Position numbers and translations under genes: made by a program
Part shown: positions 1-13,394 of the stretch, in pieces
Position numbering within the stretch: position 1 is the stretch's first letter
Layout: every line of letters begins with the position of its first letter
The notes under the pieces: generated by a model
Told to the model about the DNA's origin: nothing
The model's input: only the letters and a program-made list of their open reading frames with translations
Database searches by the model: none
Assembly (NCBI RefSeq): GCF_036321535.1
Contig: NC_087436.1
Coordinates: 54,624,001 to 54,688,000 of the forward strand
Length of the DNA stretch: 64,000 nt
Direction: 5' to 3'
Source of the DNA: Camelus dromedarius
Taxonomy: Eukaryota

Positions 1-688
1 AAGAGGAGCCACTCAAAATTAGGCAACTCAATTCCTATGAAAACTGAGCTAAAGGCAATAAATAGCAAACTAAATAATGCAGAAGAATGAATAAATGCTC
101 TGGAAGATAGAATAACAAATCACCCAATCACAAAAGGAGACAGAAGAACAAGTGAAAAAAAGTCAATATATGAAACCTATGGAATATAAAGCATGCCAAT
201 CTATGCATAATAGGAATCTGGGAAGGAAAAGAGAAAAGAGGATCAAAAATGTATTTGAGGAAATTATAGCTGAAAACTTCCCAAACTTAAAGAAGGAAAC
301 AGATATCCACTTTCAGGAAGCACAGAGGGTCCCAAACCAGATGAATCCGAACAATCCTACACCAAGACATATTATAATTAAAATGGCAAAAGTTAAAGAG
401 AAAGAGATGATTCCAAAAGCAGCAAGAGAAAAAACAGAGTTAGTTTCAATGGAACCCCCATAAGGCTATCAGCTGAATTCTCTACAGAAATGTTGCAAAC
501 CAGAAAGAAGTAGCAAGATATATTCAGAGTCCTGAAAGGGTAAAAAACTAAAACCTAGGGTACTCTATGAGGCAAAATTATCATTTAGAGTAGAAGGAGA
601 AATAAACAATTTCTCAGACAAGCAAAGACTGAAAGAATACAGCAATACTAAACCTATTCTAAAAGAAATATTGAAAAGTCTTCTCTAA
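1..688 (+). pseudogene. L1 ORF1p remnant (coiled-coil end, RRM, CTD)
   Basis: ORF 152-463 translates to FEEIIAENFPNL…QEAQRVP…PTPRHIIIKMAKVKEKE…AAREK, typical of L1 ORF1p. The expected stop TAA is at ~686-688. Confidence 0.93.
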
Positions 689-1129
689 ATAGAAAAAAAG
701 CAAGAATCTATAGGAAAGGAAAAAATCACAACAGAGAAAGCAAATATATAAAAGGATTGTAGATCACTTAAAAAGGCCAGGATGTAATTTCTTTTTAATT
801 ATGAAAGCTATCATAATTAAAATGAACAGTACAAGGATAAACATGAAGATGTTGGCAGGACATCAAAATCATAAAATGTGGGGGAGGGGACTAAGAAAAT
901 GTAGATTTCCTTTTTTTTATAAAGTGCTTGAGCTTATATAACTACTAGTCTAAAGCAAGTAGATTCAGTACTAGGTTAATATACTTAAAAACCAGGGTAA
1001 CCACAAATCAGAAACCTACAATAGATTCACAAAAACCAAAAGAAACCATCAAACCACAAAAGGAAAAATGAAAAGAAAAAGAAAGGAACAAGGAAAAAAT
1101 GGAAAATCAACTGGAAAACCAAGTTTAAA

Positions 1130-4100
1130 ATGGCAATAAATACATACCTATCAATAACTATCTTACATGTCAATAAACTAAATGCTCCAAACAAAAGACA
1201 CAATGTGACAGACTGGATAACAAAATAAGAGCCTACAATATGCTGCTTACAAGAGACCCACTTTATGGTGGAGGACACACATAGATTGAAAGTGAGGGGA
1301 TGGAAAAAAAACGTTTCATGCAAATAGTAATGACAAGAAAGTGGGGATAGCAATACTCATATCAGACAAAATAGACTTTAAAATAAAGGTCATAAAGAAA
1401 GATAAAAAGGACTTATAAAATGATAAAAAGATCAACACAAGAAGAGGATATTGTACTCGTTTAGCATATATGCACCTAATATAGGAGCACCTAGATACAT
1501 AAAATACTAATAGACATAAAGGGAAAAATTGATGGGAATACAATAACAGTAGGAGACTTTAACACTCCACTGACATCAATGGACAGATCTTCCAGACAGA
1601 ATGAGTAAGGCAACAGACACTCTTAAGTGACACCATAGAACAGTGAGACTTAATTGATACCTTCAGGACATTACATCCAAAAAAAAAAAGAGTATACTTT
1701 CTTTTCAAATGCACATGGAACATTTTCTAGGGTAGACAACATACTGGGGCATAAGACAAGCCTCAACAATTTTAAGAGGATTGAATTATTTCAAATGTCT
1801 TTTCTGACCACAACGGCACACAATTAATAATCAACCATAGGAAGAGGAACAAGAAAAGAATGATTACGTGGAGATTAACCAACATGCTACAAAAAAACCA
1901 ATGGGTCAATGATGAAATCAGAGGAAATTCAAACAAACAAACAAAAAAGTCTCAAGACAAATAACAAAGAAAATACAATCGTACAAAGTCTTTGGGATTC
2001 AGCAAAAGCAGTCTTAAGAGGGAAGTTTATAGCAATACAGGCCTTCCTCAGAAAAGAAGAATCCCAAATAAACAACCTAACCTACCACCTAAAAGAAATA
2101 GAGAAGAACAAATAAAAACTAAAATCAGCAGAAGGGAGGAGATAAATCAAATATAGATTAAAAAACAATAGGAAAAATCAATAACATTAAGAGCTTGTTT
2201 TTTTGAAAGGATAGACAAAAATCAACAAACCTCTTGCAAGACTCACCAAAAAGAAAAGAGAGGACCCAAATAAACAAAATAAGTGAAAGAGGAGAAATAA
2301 CCACTGACACCAAAGAAGTACAAAAAAAAAAAAAATCCTAAAAGAATACTATGAACAATTATGTACCAACAAATTGGACAACCTAGAAGAAATGGACAAG
2401 TTTCTAGAAACTTACAGCTCGCCAAATAAATCAAGAAGAAATAGATAATTTGAACAGACCAATCACTAGAAGTGAAATAAAATCTGTTTAAAAAAAAAAA
2501 AAATTCCCTGCAAACAAAAGTTCAGGACTGGGTGGCTTCACTAGGGAATTCTACAAAACATACAAAGGAGAACTCATACTGATCCTTCTCAAAGATCTAT
2601 AAAATATTAAAGAGGAGGGAACACTCCCAAAGTCATTCTGTGAAGCTACCATCACCCTGATACCAAAACCAGACAAAGACACTACCAAAAAAAGATAATT
2701 ACAGGCCAATATCTTTGATAAATATAGATGCAAAAATCCTTAACAAAATATTAGCAAACCAAATCCAACAACACATTTAAGTGATCATACAGCATGATCA
2801 AGTTGGATTCATCCCAGAGTCACAAGGATGGTTCAACATATGCAAATCAATCAATGTGATATACCACATCAACAAAAGACAAAAACCAGATGATCATCTT
2901 CATAGACGTAGAAAAAGCATTTGATAAAATGCAATATTCATCCGTGACAAAAACTCTTACCAAAGTGGGTATAGAAGAACATATCTCAGCATAATAAAAG
3001 CTATTTATGACAAACTCACAGCTAACATAATACTTAATGGTGAAAAGTTGAAAGCTTTCCCACTAAAATGTGGAACAAGACAAGGATGCCCACTCTCACC
3101 ACTTCTATTCAACATAGTATTGGAATTCCTAGCCACAGCAATCAGACAACAAAACGAAATAAAAGGTATCCAAATTGGAAGGGAAGATGTAAAATTGTCA
3201 TTATATGCAGATGATGTAATACTCTATATAGAAAACCTTTTAAAGTTCTAGTAAAACTGATAGACAAATTCAGCAAGGTAGCAGGATACAAGATTAACAC
3301 ACAGAAATCTGTTGCATTTCTTTAACTAACAATGAAATATCAGAAAGAGAAAGTAAAAAACAAAAATCCCTTTTAAAATCATATTAAAAAAAAATACTTA
3401 GGAATAAACGTGACCAAGGAGGTGAAAGACAGATGCTGAGAACTATAAAACATTGATAAAAGAAACTGAAAATGATTCAAAGAAATGGAAAGATACCCCA
3501 TGCTCTTGGATTGGAAGAATTAATATTCTTAAAATGGCCATACTACCCAAAGCAATCTACAGATTTAATGTGGTCCCTATCAAATTACTCATGATATTTT
3601 TCACAAAACTAGAACAAATAATCATAACATTTATACAGAACCACAAAAGACCCAGAATTGCCAAAGCAGTCCTGAGGGAAAAGAACAAAGTTGGAGCATA
3701 ACCCTCCCAGACTTCAGACAGTACTACAAAGATATAGTAATCAAAACAGAGTGCTATTGACACAGAAACAGATATATAAATCAATGGAACAGAATAGAGA
3801 GCCCAGAAATAAACCTATGCACTTATGGTCAATTAATCTGCGACAAAGGAGGCAGACAATCTTAGGAGAAAAGACAATCTTTTCAGCAAGTGGTGTTGGG
3901 AAAGCTGAAGATCTGCATATAAATCAATGCAGTTAGAACACTTCCTTACAAAGGCCACACACCAAAATAAACTCAGAATGGCTTAAAGACTTAAATATGA
4001 GAGATGACATCATAAAACTCCTAGAAGAGAACATAGGCACAACATTCTCTGACATAAACCATAGCAATGTTTCCATGGGTCAGTCTCCCAAGGCAAAAGA

Positions 4101-4894
4101 AAGAAAAGGAATACAAACAAATGGGACCTAATCAAACATATAGCTTTTACCCAGCAAAGGAAACCACAAACAAAATGAAAAGACAACCTACTAAAAGAAA
4201 ATATTTGCAAATGATGCAAACAACAAGGGATTAATTTCCCAAATATATAGACAGCTCATATAGCTCAATATCAAAAAACAAACAACCCAATCAAAAAATG
4301 GGCAGAAGACCTAAATAGACATTTCTCCAAAGAAGGCATACCAATGGCCAATAGGCACATGAAAAGATGCTTAATATCTCTATTAGAGAAATGTAAATCA
4401 AAACTACAATGAGGTATCACTTCACATCAGTCAGAATGGCCATCATTAAAATGTCCACAAACAATAAATACTGGAGAGGGTGTGGAGAAAAGGAAACCTG
4501 CCTACACGGTTGGCTGGTATGTAAATTGGTGCAACCACCATGGAAAACCATATGGAGATTCCTTAAAAAACTAAAAATAGAGTTACCATAAGATCCAGCA
4601 ATTTCACTCTTAGGCATATATGTGGAGGAAACTCTAACTTGAAAATATGCATGCACCTCAATGTTCGTAGCTGCACTATTTATAGTAGACAAGACATAGA
4701 CCTAACCTAAGTGTCCATAGACAGATGACTGGATAAAGAAGTTGTGGTATATTTATACAATGGAATACTACTCAGCTGTAACAATAATAAATAATGTCAT
4801 TTGCTGCAACATGAATGGACCCAGAGATTATTATACTAAGTGAACTAAATCAGGGATAAACAAATATGTGATATCACTTATATGTGGAATTTAA
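1130..4894 (+). pseudogene. L1 ORF2p remnant (endonuclease / reverse transcriptase), disrupted
   Basis: ATG at 1130. Fragments: LWDSAKAVLRGKFIA (1909-2115), [18 protein letters not shown]…LYADD (3048-3251; YADD at 3204-3215), [28 protein letters not shown] (3453-3701), [13 protein letters not shown]…CGEKET (4409-4591). No intact frame. Confidence 0.96.
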
Positions 4895-5739
4895 AGTGAC
4901 ACAAATAATCCTATTTACAAAAAAGAAACAGACTCACAGACATAGAAAACAAACATAGTTACCAAGGTGGGGAGGAAGAGATAAATTAGGAGCTTAGAAT
5001 TAACAGATATGCACTACTATATATAAAATAGACAAACAACAAGGTCCTACTTTATAGCACAGGGAACTATATTCAATACGTTGTAATAACCTATAATGGA
5101 AAAGAATATGAAAAAGTATATATACGTATAACTGAATCATTTTGATGTATTCTAGAAACAACATTGTAAATCAACTTCACTTAAATTAAAAAAAGTCAAC
5201 AGAAATCTATATGCAATATCAGATTTTAATTAGGTGAAATTTAAAAAGTCTGTGTACAAACCAGTGTTAGAAATGAAGATAGAAAAAAGAACCATCAGTG
5301 AACAAATACTGTAAAATGATCAGAAATTTTCTTTCCCCATTCCAATTTTCCATTCTTTTTGCCCTTTTAAATTCTATGAATAATCTTTATTTTGCCCACC
5401 AATAAAGTGTAGGCAAGTTCTATTTTCTAAAAGACAAGAGCAACACCTGTTTTACTTCCAGCAATATTGTGAAAAAAAAAAAATGGAAAGACATATTCTG
5501 ACTATACTCACACACACTTCCTTTAACCACTGTTTATATTAGCTGGAACCTTAATTATATACTTAATATCATCTAGGTCCTCTGCTATTATTTTCCTTCA
5601 ATCTTGTATTATCTCTGAAAATATGTGTATAATTCAACAATCTGGATAAATTTTTCTTTACATATTTTCTGTAATCTGAACATTTTCACAATCTGGATAC
5701 ATTTTTTTACATACGTGTTTGATGCGTGTCCTATAATGT

Positions 5740-6320
5740 TAGAAGTTGGGCTCCTTGGGAAACAGTCTCTGGTATGCAGTTTAAAGTGCAGAATGTTGGG
5801 ACAGGTATAGCTCAGTGGCAGAGTGAGTGCTAAGTATGCATGAGGTCTTAGGTTTGATCCCCAGTACCTCTGTTAAAAAATAAATAATAAATAATTAAAC
5901 AAACCTAAATGCCACACCCTCTCCCCAATTTAAAGTGCAGAATGTCTTTTAAGGATCCTTGGGATCAACTTTATGGAAGGGAGGGAAAGGAAGCAGGACT
6001 GACCAAAGGGAGAAGTTGAGATGCAGCCCAAGCTCAGCAGCAGATCTGGTCATCCCAGCAGGGTGCTCTGGAGATAGAATGGGATCTCAGAGTTGTGATA
6101 ACTTGGCCCAAGACAGCTGGCCCCTATATTCCTGCATAGATCAGTCATTGGGGTGGGCTACCCCAGAACGAGTGTGACCTTGTGCAAGGTGGCTCTCTGC
6201 AGCTGAGTCAATCCCTTGAAGGGTCTGACAGTTCAAAGCTGTCTGGCAACAGCACTTTCTGCGGCTGAGGCAGTAAGTCCTTCACTGAAAGGAACCTGGT
6301 CACTGCACTACAGTGTCCAC
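5740..6320 (-). mobile_element. Ancient ERVL-type LTR (LTR16/LTR33-like), split by a SINE
   Basis: Resembles ERVL LTR consensus on both sides of the SINE (gggctccttgggaaacagtctctg… / ccttgggatcaac…ggaagcaggac…gggagaagttgag). Family recalled, not searched. Confidence 0.55.
5797..5928 (+). mobile_element. tRNA-derived SINE, camelid Vic-1-like
   Basis: A-box ggtatagctcagtggcagag, B-box-like ggtttgatcccc, A-rich segment then aaacctaaatgcc…cccc tail. Perfect 17-bp TSD tttaaagtgcagaatgt at 5780-5796 and 5929-5945. Confidence 0.9.
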
Positions 6321-7709
6321 TACATAAAAGAATTTATCTTGTGAAACATACTCTGCTAATACTCTATAGGGACTGAATTTTATATTGGAACCATTTTAAT
6401 TATGAGACAAGAAATGTCATACTTAAAACATTCAGAAATAAAGGATTATTTATTAAAGAAAATAATCACTCACTAATTTAGATTTTTAGCTTTAAAATAT
6501 CCAATCTATTCGTTCACATGTTGACCTTGCTGGAGGCAGGGTTCACCTCTATGTATGAACACCCTGTGAAATTTTGAATGCTAAGTGATTTCCTACACTG
6601 ATGGATGCTGACCTGAACTTTCAAACACTATTAGATCAGCATGATAAAGCAGACAGAGCAAACTAAAGAGTGACTCCCTGTTATTTTGGCACTGATCACT
6701 TCTTACTGCTACCACTCAAGGGAATTTAAGCTATACTTGAAGACAAAATTATTTTAAATGCCATGCCCTTGACATCATAAACTTTATCGTTTTTACTGGC
6801 CTTAAAATATTTTCAGCCTGTTACTTCACACTTCTGCCTAGAGAACTTGGTCCTGTTCAGCCAGTACCACAGACAGGGACGTCATCAGTTCACAATTCTG
6901 CTGCTTAAGCTCTCCACAAACTGCTTACTTTGTTCATATTTGTGAAATATGATTCTTCCCTTGGATTTTGTCCCTTATATTTGGCCATGAACCATCTAGC
7001 TCCTTCAATTTTCCTTTGTGATCGATCTCATCCCTGAGCCAACCTATTTCTGCTTCAGCTCTTTCTCTATTGCTAGAGAATTAAATTCTTATTCCCACCC
7101 TTTTTAATCACATAATTATCTCTGAGCTAGATTTTTTTCAGTGGCACTTGGTCTCTTCTCCTCTACCATTGCTAAACTTTTTGATTTTTTTATAAATCCT
7201 CTCTGCTTTAAATTTGCTCAACCCTTTATGACATAAATTTTGTGTGTTTATTTTCTTTGTAATGGCAGACTTTCTGGTGCTCTGGTTTAAACTTGTCTGC
7301 AAATGCTATGAAGTTTTACCAGCATGTTGACAGCCAGGACCTATGACCTCACCAGAATCAAAGTGCGATTTAAATTTGCACAAGGAATATATGTGGGTAT
7401 CAAGTGTTAAAATAGTGTTTATAAATCTGTTTTGCATAGTTCCTTGGTTCTTTTTTGCTTTCTTCAATGATTTATAGGTGTTGGGCTGGCAGGTTTATTA
7501 TTTACCTACCAGACAACTGTTTTGTTAACGTAAATAATAGTCCTTCTGAAAGCCAGAGTACATTATAATTGTTTTGGATACATTTAGAAGGGTTTATTTT
7601 AAATTCACTGTTACTTTATGGAAGAGGTATATGATAACAGCCATAAAATCAATTAAAATAGAAATATGATAAGAAAAGTCCTATTTTTTAAATGTGTAAT
7701 GGTTTTTCT

Positions 7710-8010
7710 TTTTTTTAAACTTTTTAAATTGAGTAATAGTCATTTTACAATGTTGTGTCAAATTCCAGTGTAGAGCACAATTTTTCAGTTATACAAGAAC
7801 ATACATATATTCATTGTCACTTTTTTTTCGCTATGAGCTACCACAAGATCTTGTATATATTTCCCTGTGCTATACAGTATAATCTTGTTTATCTGTTCTA
7901 CATTTTAAAATCCCAGTCTGTCCCTTCTGTCCCCCCCACCCCCTTGGCAACCACAAGTTTGTATTGTATGTCTATGAGTCTGTTTCTATTTGTATTTATT
8001 GGGTTTTTTT
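7710..8010 (-). mobile_element. 5'-truncated camelid-type L1 3' UTR insertion
   Basis: T-tail at 7710 and L1 3' UTR (cccttggcaaccacaagtttgta…tatgagtctgtttct). Perfect 15-bp TSD tgtaatggtttttct at 7695-7709 and 8011-8025. Confidence 0.9.
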
Positions 8011-8094
8011 TGTAATGGTTTTTCTGAAGTAACTCATTGTGCCCAAATTATCCAATCTGTTTTTGACTAGTAACTATAACATAGAAAGTAGTTT

Positions 8095-10022
8095 TATAAA
8101 ATTAATTCAGCAAAGTTGGAGGACCCAAGACCAATATGCAAAAATCAGTTGTATTTCTATATATCAGCAATGAACAATCCAAAAGGAAATTAAGAAAACA
8201 ATTCCATTTATAATAGCATAAAGAAGAAATATTTAGGAATGCATTTCACCAAGGAAATATTAGACTGGTACACTGAAAACTATAAAACATTGCTAAAAAT
8301 ATTAAAGACCTAAATAAATGGGAAGACATTGCATGTTCATAAATTGGAAGACATAATATTGTGAAAATGGAATTATTCTCCAAAACAATATACAGATTAA
8401 TGAAAACTCTATCAATATCTAAATGTCTTTTTTTTTTTTTTTTGGAAGAAATGGAAAAGCTGATCCTAAAATTCATACAGAATTGCAAGGAACTTCAAAT
8501 ACCCAAACCAATCTTGGAAAAGAAGCACAATGTTAGAGCACTCATACTTCTTAATTCCAAAACTTACCACAAAGCTATAGTAATCAAAAAAGTTCAGTGC
8601 CAACATAAAGATAGCCATATAGATTAATGGAATAGAATTGAGAATCTGGGAATAAAACAATACACTTAAGATTATCTATTTTGACAAAGGTACCAAAACT
8701 ATTCAATGGGAAAGAATATTGTCTTTAACAAATGATGCTAGGACAATTGAATATCTACATGCAAAAGAATAAAATTACCCTTTCCTTCTACTATATACAA
8801 AAATTAAGTCAAAGTGGAACAAAGAACTAAGTATCAGAGTTAAAATTATAAAACTCTTAGAAGAAAACAGAAGTAAATCTTCATGACCTTGGATTTGGCA
8901 ATGGTTTCTTAGATATGATACCAAAAACACAAGGAACAAATTAAAAAATAGATGAATTTTACTTTCTCAAATTTAAAACATTTATGTCAAAAGACACTAT
9001 CAAGAAAGTTAAAAGACAACCAGCATAATGAGAGAAAATATTTGCAAATCATAATTATATGTATATATATATAAAGGGTCTAGTATCCTGCATATATAAA
9101 GAAACCTTACTACTCAACCACAAAAGACAACCCAATTAAAAATTGAGTGAAGGAAGAGATTTGGAGAAATTTGTCCAAGGAAGATACACAAATGGTCAAC
9201 AAGCACATGAAAAGATGCTCAACATCATTTGTCATTTGGGAAATGCAAATGAAAACAGAATAAGATACCACTTAACATCCAATAAGATGACTATAACAAC
9301 AATAAAAACAGTCAATAACAAATACTGCAAAGGCCTGGAGAAGTTGAAACACTCATATATTGCTGGTGGGTATGCATAATAGTGCTGTCCTCATGAAAAC
9401 AGTTTGGCAGTCCTCCAATAAATTAAACAGAATTACCATGTGACTGAGCTATTTCATTCCTAGGTGAATACTTCATAGAATTAAAAACAGATGTTCAAAC
9501 AAAAACTTATACATGATTATTCACAGCAGTACTATTCAGAATAGTCAAAAAGACAGAAACAACCCAGATGTTGATCATCAATGGATGGATAAAGAAAGTG
9601 TGGTATATGTATACAACAGACTCTCATCCAGCCATAAAAAAGAATGACGCACTGATGCATGTGATAACATGTATATCCTTAGAAACACTATGGTAAGTGA
9701 AAGTTGAAGCCAGACACAAAAGACCATATGCAGTATGATTCTGTTTATATGAAATATTCAGAATAGACAAATTTGTAGAGAGAAAACTTATCAGTGGTTG
9801 TCAAGGTTTGTGGGTAGGGAGGAATGGGTATTGACTAATAAGTAAGGAGGTTCTTTCTGGGGTAATGAAAGTGTTTTGGAATGAGGCAGTGCAATGGTTT
9901 TAGAACACTGTGAATAGTATATTTATTTATTGCACACATTCATTAGTATAAATGTCACCAAACTGTATAAAATAGTTAAAATAGTGAATTTTATGTTATG
10001 TAAATTTTACCATCATAAAAAA
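8095..10022 (+). mobile_element. Old L1 (L1MB-like), 3' half of ORF2 plus 3' UTR
   Basis: ORF2-like fragments (EMEKLILKFIQNCK…YHKAIVIKKV at 8361-8627; RYHL…CKGLEKL at 9143-9379). Ends ttttatgttatgtaaattttaccatcataaaaaa. Confidence 0.92.
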
Positions 10023-12324
10023 TGATTTATGAACAAAATGCCCCACCAAATGGATTTTGTACATTTTTTTGAAGTTTAATTTCTCATTAAAGTATAAACT
10101 TCTTTCCAAATATTTGTAATGGGCAGAAATTTATCTTAAAGTCTGATTGAAAGAGTATCTGAGAACTCTTCCTCATTTATTATGTGTGATATCACATAGT
10201 GGTAATTAATTTGCTTGGTCTGTTAGAAAGTTTTGGTTTTTTTTTTTTAGCTCAGTAGAGACTATGATCTTACCACCAAACAAGAAATTCTGTGATTGTA
10301 TTAAAGAGTGTGATTTGGATTAATTACAATTAAGTCTGATTATATGTTCATTTCACTGAATTATAAGATCACTAAAATAAGTTTTGATATACTGTCAGAT
10401 TTGTGGCAGCTGTTTCCACACTTGTCACCCCCAATTTGTAATTTCCATCTATAAGTCTTTGTGCCAGAAGAGCTCAAGACCTGAGTGACATCAATATAAA
10501 GAGATCATCACACTGATTCTTAACTCTTTGGCCTCATTGTGATAAAAATTGATCAAATTCAGAAGGGCCATCTTTACCCAGCAAGCTTGCTTTGAAAGAG
10601 CAATTATGCTCCCTAACCAAGCACTGGCACGACAGTCATTGATTTTTAGAATCAATGGGACATCAGGGCAACACTAGATCTCTGATTGGCAGCAGGAAAA
10701 TGGGTTAGAACATTTCAAACTTCATAAAATAAAAGCAAGTAAAACCTTATACATGAAAACACATCTGTTCTGGCCGCTTGTATCTTAGGATTTAGCTTGA
10801 AGCAGACATGAAATGGTGAACATTCAACTTCAGAAATTTGAGAATCAGCCAGCCACCCTGACCTTGTATCCCAGTGTTCAGCATTCCAGTTGAGTCTCCC
10901 ATGTTGACTTACTCTCACTGGCTCTTGCTGATATCTCATTTTGAAATTTTTATCAGTTTTCAAGAACTGGGATCCCAGGTTGGTAGCCTGGTAGGATCCT
11001 AGTATTCCCAGAACACTCACAACAAAAAGCCCAGCATTGTTTTACAGGCAATAACTAATAACCTGACAAATGCTAAGTTTATATGCTGCAAGAGTCAGCA
11101 AAATATGCTTGTTGGAATAAATGCCAAGTCTCAGCTTAACCTCATCACTGAGTGACAAAGTAGAAATAGTGATTTTTTTTAAATTAATATAAATTTTTAG
11201 ATGAAATTACATTAAGTAATGGAATATTTGTTTCTTGTGCTTTTTTTCTAAGCTTTGTCTCTCCTGGCCCCCTTGCCATGCCTCCACTGATACTTTTAAC
11301 CGATTCCCTTGTCAAAATAGTGGCAAATAATAAAAAGTGTCCTTTGTCCTCCCGATACTGTTTTGGGGAGTTGACTTTAAGCTACGGTGTATTTCATTTT
11401 GATTTTACAGCTTAGATTCTAACACACTGTACATAATTTGTACTTCACTTTCTTTGTACCTTTCCTTTCTTTGACAGATGGCTGCTGCCAAGAGTCAGCT
11501 TGGGTGGGGCGCTAAACTTCCCAGAAATACAAGAATTGGACACATAGCTAATATCCCTTACCCCTTTATTTCTGTACTCTGCATGATAAACAGAGACCCC
11601 GGCCACAGCTCCTGCCTTTTGGGATGGTCCTTACCAATGATGGCTTTGTCTCTTGCCTGAGTCCCAGCTCACTAGTCTCTAAATCAGACATAATTTGTTT
11701 GTCATCTCCCTTTCTTCACCAGGGGATTTTATGGATTGAGAAACCACACAGCACTTGACAATATAAAATGCTATGGTAATGGTTAAAATGAACAATGACC
11801 TTGTCCTGCCAATGAGTAATTTACTCCCAGGGAGTAAGTTAGGTATCTGGGATGTGAATTAACTCTCTCAGCCCATCGGGGCACCATTTTCAGCTGAGTG
11901 CAGAGGGTGTGAAAGAATACACCATTTCCATGAGAGACCAAAGTACTTCTGCCCTCCCCATTATGCCTACATTTTTAAAGTAACTTAAATTTTACAAGGA
12001 GATATTAGACACTCTTGGGAAATACCAAAAATTAAATCTGGAAAGTCATCCCAGTCTAACACACAATTATTGAAGTAACTTCGAAGGCTTATCCCTTTGA
12101 TGAAATAAACTAAAATCTTTTCATGCTTTCTCTCAGGTTCTCCCTCTGAAGTCAGCCTCAAAGACTGAAGCGTGAACACATCACAACTGTCCTTCACAGC
12201 TCATTTTAGCTCTATGAATTATGAATTTACACAAACTTTTTATCTTATTGATAGCTGATTACCACTTTGTAGTGCTGGGTATTCTGTAAGTTTACAACTT
12301 ATTTTCTAAGTTAATCAACTTCTA

Positions 12325-12760
12325 ATCGTTTTCTAGGACTGCTGTAACAAAGTTGCAAAGTAGGTGGCTCAAACAACAGAAAGGCATTATGTCTCAGTTC
12401 TGGAGGCTAGAAAACTAAGATCAAGTTGTCAGCCACATGAGCTCCTGTCCCATCCTCTCTCCTGGCCTTCCGTGGTTTTGTGGCAAATTTCCACCTTCAT
12501 TATCTTCTGCTGCATCACCTTGGTCTCTGTCTTCATGTTCACAAGGCTTTCTCTCTGTGTGGATGTCTGTGTCCAAATTTCCCCTTTTTCTAAAGATGTC
12601 TGTCAAACTGAATTAAGGGTCCACCCTACTCCAGTATGACCTCATCTTAATTTAACTATATCTGCAACAACTGTTTCCAAATAAGGTCACATTCTGAGGT
12701 GCTAGGGGTTAGGACGTCAATACATGAATTTGGCAGTGGAGGGCATGTAATTCAACACAC
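12325..12760 (-). mobile_element. MaLR LTR (MLT1C/D-like)
   Basis: gctgtaacaaag…tctcagttctggaggctagaa…ccagtatgacctcatcttaa…ccaaataaggtcacattctgagg. Confidence 0.85.
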
Positions 12761-13079
12761 CATTTTATTTAATCTAAGTTAAATTTATTCCAGCCACATG
12801 AAAGAACTCATTATAGTCTAAAACTTCTATTTAAAGCCATGTTATTTTGTTTTTTTATACTCTTTATATTTTTTAGATTTGACACGTATTCTTTCAGCTT
12901 TTATTTTCAGTGTCTATCGAGTTCCAGTTGCTTTTACTCAGGTGCCTTACAGTGCTCTTTCTTACCATTTCTAGGGTAATCTCCACATTCTCTGGGTCCT
13001 CACTTCCATGACCATTGTTTGGATTATCACTTCATACATGCATTATGTGTCACTTATTCACTCCAAAATTCATAAGTGC

Positions 13080-13285
13080 TTCAAAGCCTGGCACCTGAAG
13101 CCAGAATTTTAATTTTAGTCTGCCTGGTAGTATATGACCTTGGGCAAGTGAGTTTCCTTAGTGGTAAAGAATTCATGATATTTGTAATAGGGATTCAGAG
13201 AGGACTAAACACAACACTGAAAATAAAGTTAGTGAAGCTGTTAGCATAATGCTTGAGATTTAGCAAATATTCAGGTAATTTACTT
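13080..13285 (+). mobile_element. MIR SINE
   Basis: MIR core tgaccttgggcaagt…tttcct…gtaaa and 3' segment. Confidence 0.6.
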
Positions 13286-13394
13286 GTTTTCATTTTATTA
13301 CAGCTTAGTGTTACCTGCAAATTAAAGGGAAAACAATGCAGGCTTTTCTCCAGGTCATTTAATGAAATTTACATAAGACTGTGTCAATTTTGTT

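Larger units (their letters stand above)
1..5195 (+). mobile_element. LINE-1, near full length (runs off the window's 5' edge), inactivated; cetartiodactyl/camelid-type 3' UTR
   Basis: Colinear ORF1 remnant, spacer, ORF2 (EN, RT, C-terminal) remnants, 3' UTR and A-tail (…cattgtaaatcaacttcacttaaattaaaaaaa at ~5162-5194). Many stops and frameshifts. Confidence 0.97.

Noticed and set aside
1027..4692. Hydrophobic minus-strand ORFs as membrane proteins
   Set aside because: They are antisense read-outs of the A-rich L1 strand, so the F/L/I bias is compositional.
1130..4894. Active reverse transcriptase or novel RT-based system
   Set aside because: It is a standard L1 ORF2 broken by many stops and frameshifts; the longest fragments are under 100 aa.
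5803..5870. tRNA gene
   Set aside because: This is the SINE head: mutated boxes, followed by a SINE tail and flanked by a TSD.
10637..10657. Inverted repeat cattgatt-N5-aatcaatg as a dimeric factor site
   Set aside because: An 8-bp AT-rich inverted repeat is expected by chance in 64 kb, and there is no other support.
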